From contig BROI01000018.1 in NCBI GenBank assembly GCA_027923505.1, forward strand, positions 372,001 through 436,000: 64,000 bases of DNA, written 5' to 3'. A model generated the notes under the pieces. The model searched no databases. It worked only from the letters and a program-made list of their open reading frames with translations, and had not been told where the DNA came from. The position numbers were made by a program, and so were the translations under genes. Shown piece after piece: positions 1 to 15,000 of the stretch. The first letter of the stretch is position 1; each line of letters opens with the position of its first letter. Source of the stretch: Mayamaea pseudoterrestris (Eukaryota).

Positions 1-3000
1 AACTGAAACTTTGCTGTGTTTGGCCCATGGAACACCCTACTTGTTTCAGTCTCAGTCACACCACAGCCACTGCCAGAATTGCTGCTGTATTCAAAGTTCC
101 AAGCCTTGGACCTTGTCAAGCACCTTCTGCGGATTGCAGTAGCAGGTTCAGATTCTTGGTGGCCAGGTTGCATCACTTTACAAATCCCATCTGAAACTTT
201 GATGTGGTGGAACCACTTGGAGGAACCTACTTGCTATATTCACACATAACCACTGCCTGACTGGCTTCCAAATTGGACCATCTCAACCTTTGACTTTGTC
301 AAACAACCTATCCTGATTGCCATGGCATGCTCGGAATCATGCTTGCAAAGTTGGATCATAACATAAATCCCAATTGAAACTTTGCTGTGTTTGGCCCATG
401 GAACACTTTTCTTGTTTTAGTCTCAGTCACATCACAGCAACTGCCAGAATTGCTGCTGTATTCAAAGTTCCAAGCCTTGGACCTTGTCAAGCACCTTCTG
501 CGGATTGCAGTAGCAGGTTCAGATTCTTGGTGGCCAGGTTGCATCACTTTACAAATCCCATCTGAAACTTTGATGTGGTGGAACCACTTGGAGGAACCTA
601 CTTGCTATATTCATGCATAACCACTGGCTGACTGGCTTCCAAATTGGAACATCTCAACCTTTGACTTTGTCAAACAACCTATCCTGATTGCCATGGCATG
701 CTCAGAATCATGCTTGCAAGGTTGGATCATCACGTAAATCCCAATTGAAACTTTGCTGTGTTTGGCCCATGGAACACTTTTCTTGTTTTAGTCTCAGTCA
801 CACCACAGCCGCTGCCAGAACTGCTGCTGTATTCAAAGTTCCAAGCCTTTAACCTCGTCAAGCACCTTCTGCGGATTGCAGTAGCAGGTTCAGATTCTTG
901 GTGGCCAGGTTGCATCACTTTACAAATCCCATCTGAAACTTTGATGTGGTGGAACCACTTGGAGGAACCTACTTGCTATATTCAAGCATAACCACTGGCT
1001 GACTGGCTTCCAAATTGGAACTTCTCAACCTTTGACTTTGTCCACCAACCTATCCTGATTGCCATGGCATGCTCAGAATCATGCTTGCTAGGTTGGATCA
1101 TCACATACATCCCAACTGAAACTTTGCTGTGTTTGGCACACGGAACACCCTACTTGTTTCAGTCTCAGTCGCACCACAGCCACTGCCAGAATTGCTGCTG
1201 TATTCAAAGTTCCAAGCCTTGGACCTTGTCAAGCACCTTCTGCGGATTGCAGTAGCAGGTTCAGATTCTTGGTGGCCAGGTTGCATCACTTTACAAATCC
1301 CATCTGAAACTTTGATGTGGTGGAACCACTTGGAGGAACCTACTTGCTATATTCACGCATAATCACTGGCTGACTGGCTTCCAAATTGGAACATCTCAAC
1401 CTTTGACTTTGTCAAACAACCTATCCTGATTGCCATGGCATGCTCAGAATCATGCTTGCAAGGTTGGATCATCACATAAATCCCAACTGAAATTTTGCTT
1501 TGTTTGGCACATGGAACAGTCTCAGTCACACCACAGCCGCTGCCAGAACTGCTGCTGTATTCAAAGTTCCAAGCCTTGGACCTTGTCAAGCACCTTCTGC
1601 GGATTGCAGTAGCAGGTTCAGATTCTTGGTGGCCAGGTTGCATCACTTTACAAATCCCATCTGAAACTTTGATGTGGTGGAACCACTTGGAGGAACCTAC
1701 TTGCTATATTCACACATAACCACTGGCTGACTGGCTTCCAAATTGGAACATCTCAACCTTTGACTTTGTCAAACAACCTATCCTGATTGCCATGGCATGC
1801 TCAGAATCATGCTTGCTAGGTTGGATCATCACATAAATCCCAACTGAAACTTTGCTGTGTTTGGCCCATGGAACACCCTACTTGTTTCAGTCTCAGTCAC
1901 ACCACAGCCACTGCCAGAATTGCTGCTGTTTTCAAAGTTCCAAGCCTTGGACCTTGTCAAGCACCTTCTGCGGATTGCAGTAGCAGGTTCAGATTCTTGG
2001 TGGCCAGGTTGCATCACTATACAAATCCCATCTGAAACTTTGATGTGGTGGAATCACTTGGAGGAACCTACTTGCTATATTCACGCATAATCACTGGCTG
2101 ACTGGCTTCCAAATTGGAACATCTCAACCTTTGACTTTGTCAAACAACCTATCCTGATTGCCATGGCATGCTCAGAATCATGCTTGCTAGGTTGGATCAT
2201 CACATAAATCCCAACTGAAACTTTGCTGTGTTTGGCACATAAAACACCCTACTTGTTTCAGTCTCAGTCTCACCACAGCCACTGCCAGAACTGCTGCTGT
2301 ATTCAAAGATCCAAGCCTTGGACCTTGTCAGCAGATTGCAGTAGCAGGTTCAGATTCTTGGTGGCCAGGTTGCATCACTATACAAATACCATCTGAAACT
2401 TTGATGTGGTGGAACCACTTGGAGGAACCTACTTGCTATATTCACGCATAATCACTGGCTGACTGGCTTCCAAATTGGAACATCTCAACCTTTGACTTTG
2501 TCAAACAACCTATCCTGATTGCCATGGCATGCTCAGAATCATGCTTGCTAGGTTGGATCATCACATAAATCCCAACTGAAACTTTGCTGTGTTTGGCCCA
2601 TGGAACACCCTACTTGTTTCAGTCTCAGTCACACCACAGCCACTGCCAGAACTGCTGCTGTATTCAAAGTTCCAAGCCTTGGACCTTGTCAAGCACCTTC
2701 TGCGGATTGCAGTAGCAGGTTCAGATTCTTGGTGGCCAGGTTGCATCACTTTACAAATCCCATCTGAAACTTTGATGTGGTGGAACCACTTGGAGGAACC
2801 TACTTGCTATATTCACGCATAACCACTGGCTGACTGGCTTCCAAATTGGAACATCTCAACCTTTGACTTTGTCAAACAACCTATCCTGATTGCCATGGCA
2901 TGCTCAGAATCATGCTTGCTAGGTTGGATCATCACATAAATCCCAACTGAAACTTTGCTGTGTTTGGCCCATGGAACACCCTACTTGTTTCAGTCTCAGT

Positions 3001-6000
3001 CACACCACAGCCTCTGCCAGAATTGCTGCTGTATTCAAAGTTCAATGCCCTGGACCTTGTCAAGTACCTTCTGCGGATTGCAGTAGCAGGTTCAGATTCT
3101 TGGTGGCCAGGTTGCATCACTTTACAAATCCCATCTGAAACTTTGATGTGGTGGAACCACTTGGAGGAACCTACTTGCTATATTCACACATAATCACTGC
3201 CTGACTGGCTTCCAAATTGGAACATCTCAACCTTTGACTTTGTCAAACAACCTATCCTGATTGCCATGGCATGCTCAGAATCATGCTTGCAAGGTTGGAT
3301 CATCACATAAATCCCAACTGAAATTTCGCTTTGTTTGGCACATGGAACACCCTTCTTGTTTCAGTCTCAGTCACACCACAGCAACTGCCAGAATTGTTGC
3401 TGTTTTCAAAGTTCCAAGCCTTGGACCTTGTCAAGCACCTTCTGCGGATTGCAGTAGCAGGTTCAGATTCTTGGTGGCCAGGTTGCATCACTTTACAAAT
3501 CCCATCTGAAACTTTGATGTGGTGGAACCACTTGGAGGAACCTACTTGCTATATTCACACATAACCACTGCCTGACTGGCTTCCAAATTGGAACATCTCA
3601 ACCTTTGACTTTGTCAAACATCTTATTCTGATTGCCATGGCATGCTCAGAATCATGCTTGCAAGGTTGGATGATCACATAAATCCCAACTAAAACTTGGC
3701 TGTGTTTGGCACATGGAACACCCTACTTGTTTCAGTCTCAGTCACACCACAGCCACTGCCAGTATTGCTGCTGTTTTCAAAGTTCCAAGCCTTTAACCTC
3801 GTCAAGCACCTTCTGCAGGTGAATTGCAGTTTCAGTCTCAGTCACCACGCCACTCGAATTGCTGTTTCAAAGTTCCAAGCCTTGGACCTTGCTTCACCTT
3901 CTGCGGATTGCAGTAGCAGGTTCAGATTCTTGGTGGCCAGGTTGCATCACTATACAAATCCCATCTGAATCTTTGATGTGGTGGAACCACTTGGAGGAAC
4001 CTACTTGCTATATTCACGCATAACCACTGGCTGACTGGCTTCCAAATTGGAACATCTCAACCTTTGACTTTGTCAAACATCTTATCCTGATTGCCATGGC
4101 ATGCTCAGAATCATGCTTGCTAGGTTGGATCATCACATAAATCCCAACTGAAACTTTGCTGTGTTTGGCCCATGGAACTCCCTACTTGTTTCAGTCTCAG
4201 TCACACCACAGCCGCTGCCAGAACTGCTGCTGTTTTCAAAGTTCCAAGCCTTGGACCTCGTCAAGCACCTTCTGCGGATTGCAGTAGCAGGTTCAGATTC
4301 TTGGTGGCCAGGTTGCATCACTTTACAAATCCCATCTGAAACTTTGATGTGGTGGAACCACTTGGAGGAACCTACTTGCTATATTCACGCATAACCACTG
4401 GCTGACTGGCTTCCAAATTGGAACATCTTAACCTTTGACTTTGTCAAACAACCTATCCTGATTGCCATGGCATGCTCAGAATCATGCTTGCTAGGTTGGA
4501 TCATCACATAAATCCCAACTGAAACTTTGCTGTGTTTGGCACATGGAACACCCTACTTGTTTCAGTCTCAGTCACACCACAGCCGCTGCCAGAACTGCTG
4601 CTGTTTTCAAAGTTCCAAGCCTTGGACCTCGTCAAGCACCTTCTGCGGATTGCAGAAGCAGGTGCAGATTCTTGGTGGCCAGGTTGCATCACTATACAAA
4701 TCCCATCTGAAACTTTGATGTGGTGGAACCACTTGGAGGAACCTACTTGCTATATTCACGCATAACCACTGGCTGACTGGCTTCCAAATTGGAACATCTC
4801 AACCTTTGACTTTGTCAAACAACCTATCCTGATTGCCATGGCATGCTCAGAATCATGCTTGCAAGGTTGGATCATCACATAAATCCCAACTGAAACTTTG
4901 CTGTGTTTGGCACATGGAACACCCTACTTGTTTCAGTCTCAGTCACACCACAGCCGCTGCCAGAACTGCTGCTGTATTCAAAGTTCCAAGCCTTGGACCT
5001 TGTCAAGCACCTTCTGCGGATTGCAGTAGCAGGTTCAGATTCTTGGTGGCCAGGTTGCATCACTTTACAAATCCCATCTGAAACTTTGATGTGGTGGAAC
5101 CACTTGGAGGAACCTACTTGCTATATTCACGCATAACCACTGGCTGACTGGCTTCCAAATTGGAACATCTCAACCTTTGACTTTGTCAAACAACCTATCC
5201 TGATTGCCATGGCATGCTCAGAATCATGCTTGCTAGGTTGGATCATCACATAAATCCCAACTGAAACTTTACTGTATTTGGCACATGGAACACCCTACTT
5301 GTTTCAGTCTCAGTCACACCACAGCCCCTGCCAGAATTGCTGCTGTATTCAAAGTTCCAAGCCTTGGACCTTGTCAAGCACCTTCTGCGGATTGCAGTAG
5401 CAGGTTCAGATTCTTGGTGGCCAGGTTGCATCACTTTACAAATCCCATCTGAAACTTTGATGTGGTGGAACCACTTGGAGGAACCTACTTGCTATATTCA
5501 CGCATAACCACTGGCTGACTGGCTTCCAAATTGGAACATCTCAACCTTTGACTTTGTCAAACAACCTATCCTGATTGCCATGGCATGCTCAGAATCATGC
5601 TTGCAAGGTTGGATCATCACATAAATCCCAACTGAAACTTTGCTGTGTTTGGCACATAAAACACCCTACTTGTTTCAGTCTCAGTCACACCACAGCCACT
5701 GCCAGAACTGCTGCTGTATTCAAAGTTCCAAGCCTTGGACCTTGTCAAGCACCTTCTGCGGATTGCAGTAGCAGGTTCAGATTCTTGGTGGCCAGGTTGC
5801 ATCACTATACAAATCCCATCTGAAACTTTGATGTGGTGGAACCACTTGGAGGAACCTACTTGCTATATTCACGCATAACCACTGGCTGACTGGCTTCCAA
5901 ATTGGAACATCTCAACCTTTGACTTTAAATCCCAACTGAAACTTTGCTGTGTTTGGCACATAAAACACCCTACTTGTTTTAGTCTCAGTCACACCACAGC

Positions 6001-9000
6001 CACTGCCAGAACTGCTGCTGTATTCAAAGTTCCAAGCCTTGGACCTTGTCAAGCACCTTCTGCGGATTGCAGTAGCAGGTTCAGATTCTTGGTGGCCAGG
6101 TTGCATCACTATACAAATCCCATCTGAAACTTTGATGTGGTGGAACCACTTGGAGGAACCTACTTGCTATATTCACGCATAACCACTGGCTGACTGGCTT
6201 CCAAATTGGAACATCTCAACCTTTGACTTTGTCAAACAATCTATCCTGATTGCCATGGCATGCTCAGAGTCATGCTTGCAAGATTGGATCATCACATAAA
6301 TCCCAACTGAAACTTAGCTGTGTTTGGCACACGGAACACCCTACTTGTTTCAGTCTCAGTCACACCACAGCCGCTGCCTGAACTGCTGCTGTATTTAAAG
6401 TTCCAAGCCTTGGATCTTGTCAAGCACCTTCTGCGGATTGCAGTAGCAGGTTCAGAATCTTGGTGGCCTGGTTGCATCACTGTACAAATCCCATCTGAAT
6501 CTTTGATGTGGTGGAACCACTTGGAGGCACCTACTTGCTATATTCACACATAACCACTGGCTGACTAGCTTCCAAATCAGAACATCTCAACCTTTGACTT
6601 TGTTTTGATTGCCATGGCATGCCCAGAATCATGCTAGCAAGGTCAGATTATCACATAAATCCCAACTGAAACTTTGCTGTGCTTGGCACATGGAACACCC
6701 TCTCAGTCACACCACAGCCGCTGCCTGAACTGCTGCTGTATTTAAAGTTCCAAGCCTTGGATCTTGTCAAGCACCTTCTGCGGATTGCAGTAGCAGGTTC
6801 AGAATCTTGGTGGCCTGGTTGCATCACTTATAAATCCCATCTGAAACTTTGATGTGGTGGAACCACTTGGAGGAACCTACTTGCTATATTCACACATAAC
6901 CACTGGCTGACTGGCTTCCAAATTGGAACATCTCAACCTTTGACTTTGTCAAACAACCTATCCTGGTTGCCATGGCATGCTCAGAATCATGCTTGCTAGG
7001 TTGGATCATCACATAAATCCCAACTGAAACTTTGCTGTGTTTGGCCCATGGAACACCCTACTTGTTTCAGTCTCAGTCACACCACAGCCGCTGCCAGAAC
7101 TGCTGCTGTATTCAAAGTTCCAAGCCTTGGATCTTGTCAAGCACCTTCTGCGGATTGCAGTAGCAGGTTCAGATTCTTGGTGGCCTGGTTGCATCACTTT
7201 AAAATCCCATCTGAAACTTTGATGTGGTGGAACCACTTGGAGAAACCTACTTGGTATATTCACACACAACCACTGCCTGACTGGCTTGCAAATTGGAACA
7301 TCTCAACCTTTGACTTTGTCAAACAACCTATCCTGGTTGCCATGGCATGCTCAGAATCATGCTTGCTAGGTTGGATCATCACATAAAACCCAACTGAAAC
7401 TTTGCTGTGTTTGGCCCATGGAACACCCTACTTGTTTCAGTCTCAGTCACACCACAGCCACTGCCAGAAGGTGCTGCTGTATTCAAAGTTCCAAGCCTTG
7501 GACCTTGTCAAGCACCTTCTGCGGATTGCAGTAGCAGGTTCAGATTCTTGGTGGCCAGGTTGCATCACTATACAAATCCCATCTGAAACTTGGTTGTGGT
7601 GGAACCACTTGGAGGAATCTACTTGCTATAATCACGCATAATCACTGACTGACTGGCTTCCAAATTGGAACATCTCAACCTTTGACTTTGTCAAACATCT
7701 TAATCTGATTGCCATGGCATGCTCAGAATCATGTTGCTAGGTTGGATCATCACATAAATCTCAACTGAAACTTTGCTGCGTTTGGCACATGGAACACCCT
7801 ACCTGTTTCAGTCTCGGTCACACCACAGCCACTGCCAGAAATGCTGCTTTTTTCAAAGCTCCAAGCCTTGGACCTTGTCAAGCACCTTCTGTGGATTGCA
7901 GTAGCATGTTCAGATTCTTGGTGGCCAGGTTGTATCACTTTACAAATCCCATCTGAAACTTTGATGTGGTGGAAGCACTTGGAGGAACCTACTTGCTATA
8001 TTCACGCATAATCACTGGCTGACTGGCTTCCAAATTGGAACATCTCAACCTTTGACTTTGTCAGACTTTGTCAAACAACCTATCCTTATGGCCATGGCAT
8101 GCTCAGAAGCATGCTAGCAAGATTGGATCATCACATAAATCCCAACTGAAACTTTGCTGTGTTTGGCACATAGAACACCCTACTTGTTTCAGTCTCAGTC
8201 ACACCACAGCCACTGCCAGAATTGCTGCTGTTTTCAAAGTTCCAAGCCATGGACCTTGTCAAGCACCTTCTGCAGATTGCAGTAGCAGGTTCAGATTCTT
8301 GGTGGCCAGGTTGCATCACTTTACAAATCCCATCTGAATTTTTGATGTGGTGGAACCACTTGGAGGAACCTACTTGCTATATTCACGCATAATCACTGGA
8401 TGACTGGCATCCGAATTGGAACATCTCAACCTTTGACATTGTCAAACAACTTTTTCTGATTGCCATGGCATGCTCAGAAGCATGCTAGCAAGGTTGGATC
8501 ATCACATAAATCCCAACTGAAACTTTGCTGTGTTTGGCACATGGAACACCCTACTTGTTTCAGTCTCAGTCACACCACAGCCGCTGCCAGAACTGCTGCT
8601 GTTTTCAAAGTTCCAAGCCATGGACCTTGTCAAGCACCTTCTGCGGATTGCAGTAGCAGGTACAGATTCTTGGTGGCCAGGTTGCATCACTTTACAAATC
8701 CTATTTGAAACTTTGATGTGGTGGAACCACTTGGAGGAACCTACTTGCTATATTCACGCATAACCACTGGCTGACTGGCTTCCAAATTGGAACATCTCAA
8801 CCTTTGACATTGTCAAACAACCTATCTTGATTGCCATGGCATGCTCAGAATCATGCTTGCTAGGTTGGATCATCACATAAATCCCAACTGAAACTTTGCT
8901 GTGTTTGGCCCATGGAACACCCTACTTGTTTCAGTCTCAGTCACACCACAGCCACTGCCAGTATTGCTGCTGTTTTTAAAGTTCCAAGCCTTGGACCTTG

Positions 9001-12000
9001 TCAAGCACCTTCTGCGGATTGCAGTAGCAGGTTCAGATTCTTGGTGGCCAGGTTGCATCACTATACAAATCCCATCTGAAACTTTGATGTAGTGGAACCA
9101 ATTGGAGGAACCTACTTGCTATGTTCACGCATAACCACTACCTGACTGGCTTCCAAATTGGAACATCTCAGCCTTTGACTTTGTCAAAGAACTTATTCTG
9201 ATTGCCGTGGCATGCTCAGAAGCATGCTAGCAAGGTTGGATCATCACATAAATCCCAACTGAAATTTTACTGTGTTTGGGACATGGAACACCCTACTTGT
9301 TTCAGTCTCAGTCACACCACAGCCCCTGCTAGAACTGATGCTGTTTTCAAAGTTCCAAGCTTTGGACCTCGTCAAGCACCTTCTGCGGATTGCAGTAGCA
9401 GGTTCAGATTCTTGGTGGCCAGGTTGCATCACTATATAAATCCCATCTGAAAATGTGATATGGTGGAACCACTTGGAGGAATCTACTTGCTATATTCATG
9501 CATAACCACTGCCTGACTGGCTTCCAAATTGGAACATTTCAACCTTTGACTTTGTCAAACAACCTATCCTGATTGCCATGGCATGCTCAGAATCATGCTT
9601 GCAAGGTTGGATCATCACGTAAATCCCAACTGAAACTTTGCTGTGTTTGGCCCATTGAACACCCTACTTGTTTCAGTCTCAGTCACACCACAGCCACTGC
9701 CAGAATTGCTGCTGTATTCACAATTCCAAGCCTTGGACCTTGTCAAGCACCTTCTGCGGATTGCAGTAGCAGGTTCAGATTCTTGGTGGCCAGGTTGCAT
9801 CACTTTATAAATCCCATCTGAAACTTTGATGTGGTGGAACCACTTGGAGGAACTTACTTGCTATATTCACGCATAACCACTGGCTGACTGGCTTCCTAAT
9901 TGGAACATCTCAACCTTTGACATTGTCAAACAACCTATTCTGATTGCCATGGCATGCTCAGAAGCATGCTTGCTAGGTTGGATCATCACATAAATCCCAA
10001 CTGAAACTTTGCTGTGTTTGGCCCATGGAACACCCTACTTGTTTCAGTCTCAGTCACACCACAGCCACTGCCAGAATTGCTGCTGTTTTCAAAGTTCCAA
10101 GCTTTGGACCTCGTCAAGCACCTTCTGTGGATTGCAGTAGCAGGTTCAGATTCTTGGTGGCCAGGTTGCATCACTATACAAATCCCATCTGAAACTTTGT
10201 TGTGGTGGAACCACTAGGAGGAACCTACTTGCTATATTCACGCATAACCACTGGCTGACTGGCTTCCAAATTGGAAAATCTCAACCTTTGACTTTGTCAA
10301 ACATCTATCCTGATTGCCACGGCATGCTCAGAATCATGCTTGCTAGGTTGGATCATCACATAAGTCCCAACTGAAACTTTGCTGTGTTTGGCACATGGGA
10401 CACCCTACTTGTTTCAGTCTCAGTCACACCACAGCCACTGCCAGAATTGTTGCTGTTTTCAAAGTTCCAAGCCTTGGACCTTGTCAAGCACTTCTGCAGA
10501 TTGCTGTAGCAGGTTCAGATTCTTGCTGGCCAGGTTGCATCACTTTACAAATCCCATCTGAAACTTTGATGTGGTGGAACCACTAGGAGGAACCTACTTG
10601 CTATATTCACGCATAATCACTGGATGACTGGCTTCCAAATTGGAACATCTCAACCTTTGACATTGTCAATCATTCTATCCTGATTGCCAAGGCATGCTCA
10701 GAATCATGCTTGCTAGGTTGGATCATCACATAAATCCCAACTGAAACTTTGCTGTGTTTGGCCCATGGAACACCCTACTTGTTTCAGTCTCAGTCAAACC
10801 ACATCCTCTGCCAGAATTGCTGCTGTTTTCAAAGTTCAAAGCCATGGACCTTGTCAAGCACCCTCTGCGGATTGCAGTAGCAGGTTCAGATTCTTGCTGG
10901 CCAGGTTGCATCACTATACAAATCCCATCTGAAACTTTGATGTGGGGGAATGACTTGTAGGGACCTACTTGCTATATTGACACATAACCACTGGCTGACT
11001 GGCTTCCAAATTGAAACATGTCAACCTTTGACTTTGTCAATCATTTTATTCTGATTGCCAAGGCATGCTCAGAATCATGCTTGCTAGGTTGGATCATCAC
11101 ATAAATCCCAATTGTAACTTTGCTGTGTTTGGCACATGGAACACTCTACTTGTTTCAGTCTCAGTCACACCACAGCCACTGCCAGAATTGCTGCTGTTTT
11201 CAAAGTTCCAAGCCTTGGACCTCGTAAAGCACCTTCTGCGGATTGCAGTAGCAGGTGCAGATTCTTGGTGGCCAGGTTGCATCACTATACAAATCCCATC
11301 GGAACTTTGATGTGGTGGAACCACTTGGAGGAACCTACTTGCTATATTCACGCATAACCACTGGCTGACTGGCTTCCAAATTGTGATTGCCATGGCATGC
11401 CCAGAATCATGCTAGCAAGGTCAGATTATCACATAAATCCCAACTGAAACTTAGCTGTGTTTGGCACACGGAACACCCTCTCAGTCACACCACAGCCGCT
11501 GCCTGAACTGCTGCTGTATTTAAAGTTCCAAGCCTTGGATCTTGTCAAGCACCTTCTGCGGATTGCAGTAGCAGGTTCAGAATCTTGGTGGCCTGGTTGC
11601 ATCACTTATAAATCCCATCTGAAACTTTGATGTGGTGGAACCACTTGGAGGAACCTACTTGCTATATTCACACATAACCACTGGCTGACTGGCTTCCAAA
11701 TTGGAACATCTCAACCTTTGACTTTGTCAAACAACCTATCCTGGTTGCCATGGCATGCTCAGAATCATGCTTGCTAGGTTGGATCATCACATAAATCCCA
11801 ACTGAAACTTTGCTGTGTTTGGCCCATGGAACACCCTACTTGTTTCAGTCTCAGTCACACCACAGCCGCTGCCAGAACTGCTGCTGTATTCAAAGTTCCA
11901 AGCCTTGGATCTTGTCAAGCACCTTCTGCGGATTGCAGTAGCAGGTTCAGATTCTTGGTGGCCTGGTTGCATCACTTTAAAATCCCATCTGAAACTTTGA

Positions 12001-15000
12001 TGTGGTGGAACCACTTGGAGAAACCTACTTGGTATATTCACACACAACCACTGCCTGACTGGCTTGCAAATTGGAACATCTCAACCTTTGACTTTGTCAA
12101 ACAACCTATCCTGGTTGCCATGGCATGCTCAGAATCATGCTTGCTAGGTTGGATCATCACATAAAACCCAACTGAAACTTTGCTGTGTTTGGCCCATGGA
12201 ACACCCTACTTGTTTCAGTCTCAGTCACACCACAGCCACTGCCAGAAGGTGCTGCTGTATTCAAAGTTCCAAGCCTTGGACCTTGTCAAGCACCTTCTGC
12301 GGATTGCAGTAGCAGGTTCAGATTCTTGGTGGCCAGGTTGCATCACTATACAAATCCCATCTGAAACTTGGTTGTGGTGGAACCACTTGGAGGAATCTAC
12401 TTGCTATAATCACGCATAATCACTGACTGACTGGCTTCCAAATTGGAACATCTCAACCTTTGACTTTGTCAAACATCTTAATCTGATTGCCATGGCATGC
12501 TCAGAATCATGTTGCTAGGTTGGATCATCACATAAATCTCAACTGAAACTTTGCTGCGTTTGGCACATGGAACACCCTACCTGTTTCAGTCTCGGTCACA
12601 CCACAGCCACTGCCAGAAATGCTGCTTTTTTCAAAGCTCCAAGCCTTGGACCTTGTCAAGCACCTTCTGTGGATTGCAGTAGCATGTTCAGATTCTTGGT
12701 GGCCAGGTTGTATCACTTTACAAATCCCATCTGAAACTTTGATGTGGTGGAAGCACTTGGAGGAACCTACTTGCTATATTCACGCATAATCACTGGCTGA
12801 CTGGCTTCCAAATTGGAACATCTCAACCTTTGACTTTGTCAGACTTTGTCAAACAACCTATCCTTATGGCCATGGCATGCTCAGAAGCATGCTAGCAAGA
12901 TTGGATCATCACATAAATCCCAACTGAAACTTTGCTGTGTTTGGCACATAGAACACCCTACTTGTTTCAGTCTCAGTCACACCACAGCCACTGCCAGAAT
13001 TGCTGCTGTTTTCAAAGTTCCAAGCCATGGACCTTGTCAAGCACCTTCTGCAGATTGCAGTAGCAGGTTCAGATTCTTGGTGGCCAGGTTGCATCACTTT
13101 ACAAATCCCATCTGAATTTTTGATGTGGTGGAACCACTTGGAGGAACCTACTTGCTATATTCACGCATAATCACTGGATGACTGGCATCCGAATTGGAAC
13201 ATCTCAACCTTTGACATTGTCAAACAACTTTTTCTGATTGCCATGGCATGCTCAGAAGCATGCTAGCAAGGTTGGATCATCACATAAATCCCAACTGAAA
13301 CTTTGCTGTGTTTGGCACATGGAACACCCTACTTGTTTCAGTCTCAGTCACACCACAGCCGCTGCCAGAACTGCTGCTGTTTTCAAAGTTCCAAGCCATG
13401 GACCTTGTCAAGCACCTTCTGCGGATTGCAGTAGCAGGTACAGATTCTTGGTGGCCAGGTTGCATCACTTTACAAATCCTATTTGAAACTTTGATGTGGT
13501 GGAACCACTTGGAGGAACCTACTTGCTATATTCACGCATAACCACTGGCTGACTGGCTTCCAAATTGGAACATCTCAACCTTTGACATTGTCAAACAACC
13601 TATCTTGATTGCCATGGCATGCTCAGAATCATGCTTGCTAGGTTGGATCATCACATAAATCCCAACTGAAACTTTGCTGTGTTTGGCCCATGGAACACCC
13701 TACTTGTTTCAGTCTCAGTCACACCACAGCCACTGCCAGTATTGCTGCTGTTTTTAAAGTTCCAAGCCTTGGACCTTGTCAAGCACCTTCTGCGGATTGC
13801 AGTAGCAGGTTCAGATTCTTGGTGGCCAGGTTGCATCACTATACAAATCCCATCTGAAACTTTGATGTAGTGGAACCAATTGGAGGAACCTACTTGCTAT
13901 GTTCACGCATAACCACTACCTGACTGGCTTCCAAATTGGAACATCTCAGCCTTTGACTTTGTCAAAGAACTTATTCTGATTGCCGTGGCATGCTCAGAAG
14001 CATGCTAGCAAGGTTGGATCATCACATAAATCCCAACTGAAATTTTACTGTGTTTGGGACATGGAACACCCTACTTGTTTCAGTCTCAGTCACACCACAG
14101 CCCCTGCTAGAACTGATGCTGTTTTCAAAGTTCCAAGCTTTGGACCTCGTCAAGCACCTTCTGCGGATTGCAGTAGCAGGTTCAGATTCTTGGTGGCCAG
14201 GTTGCATCACTATATAAATCCCATCTGAAAATGTGATATGGTGGAACCACTTGGAGGAATCTACTTGCTATATTCATGCATAACCACTGCCTGACTGGCT
14301 TCCAAATTGGAACATTTCAACCTTTGACTTTGTCAAACAACCTATCCTGATTGCCATGGCATGCTCAGAATCATGCTTGCAAGGTTGGATCATCACGTAA
14401 ATCCCAACTGAAACTTTGCTGTGTTTGGCCCATTGAACACCCTACTTGTTTCAGTCTCAGTCACACCACAGCCACTGCCAGAATTGCTGCTGTATTCACA
14501 ATTCCAAGCCTTGGACCTTGTCAAGCACCTTCTGCGGATTGCAGTAGCAGGTTCAGATTCTTGGTGGCCAGGTTGCATCACTTTATAAATCCCATCTGAA
14601 ACTTTGATGTGGTGGAACCACTTGGAGGAACTTACTTGCTATATTCACGCATAACCACTGGCTGACTGGCTTCCTAATTGGAACATCTCAACCTTTGACA
14701 TTGTCAAACAACCTATTCTGATTGCCATGGCATGCTCAGAAGCATGCTTGCTAGGTTGGATCATCACATAAATCCCAACTGAAACTTTGCTGTGTTTGGC
14801 CCATGGAACACCCTACTTGTTTCAGTCTCAGTCACACCACAGCCACTGCCAGAATTGCTGCTGTTTTCAAAGTTCCAAGCTTTGGACCTCGTCAAGCACC
14901 TTCTGTGGATTGCAGTAGCAGGTTCAGATTCTTGGTGGCCAGGTTGCATCACTATACAAATCCCATCTGAAACTTTGTTGTGGTGGAACCACTAGGAGGA

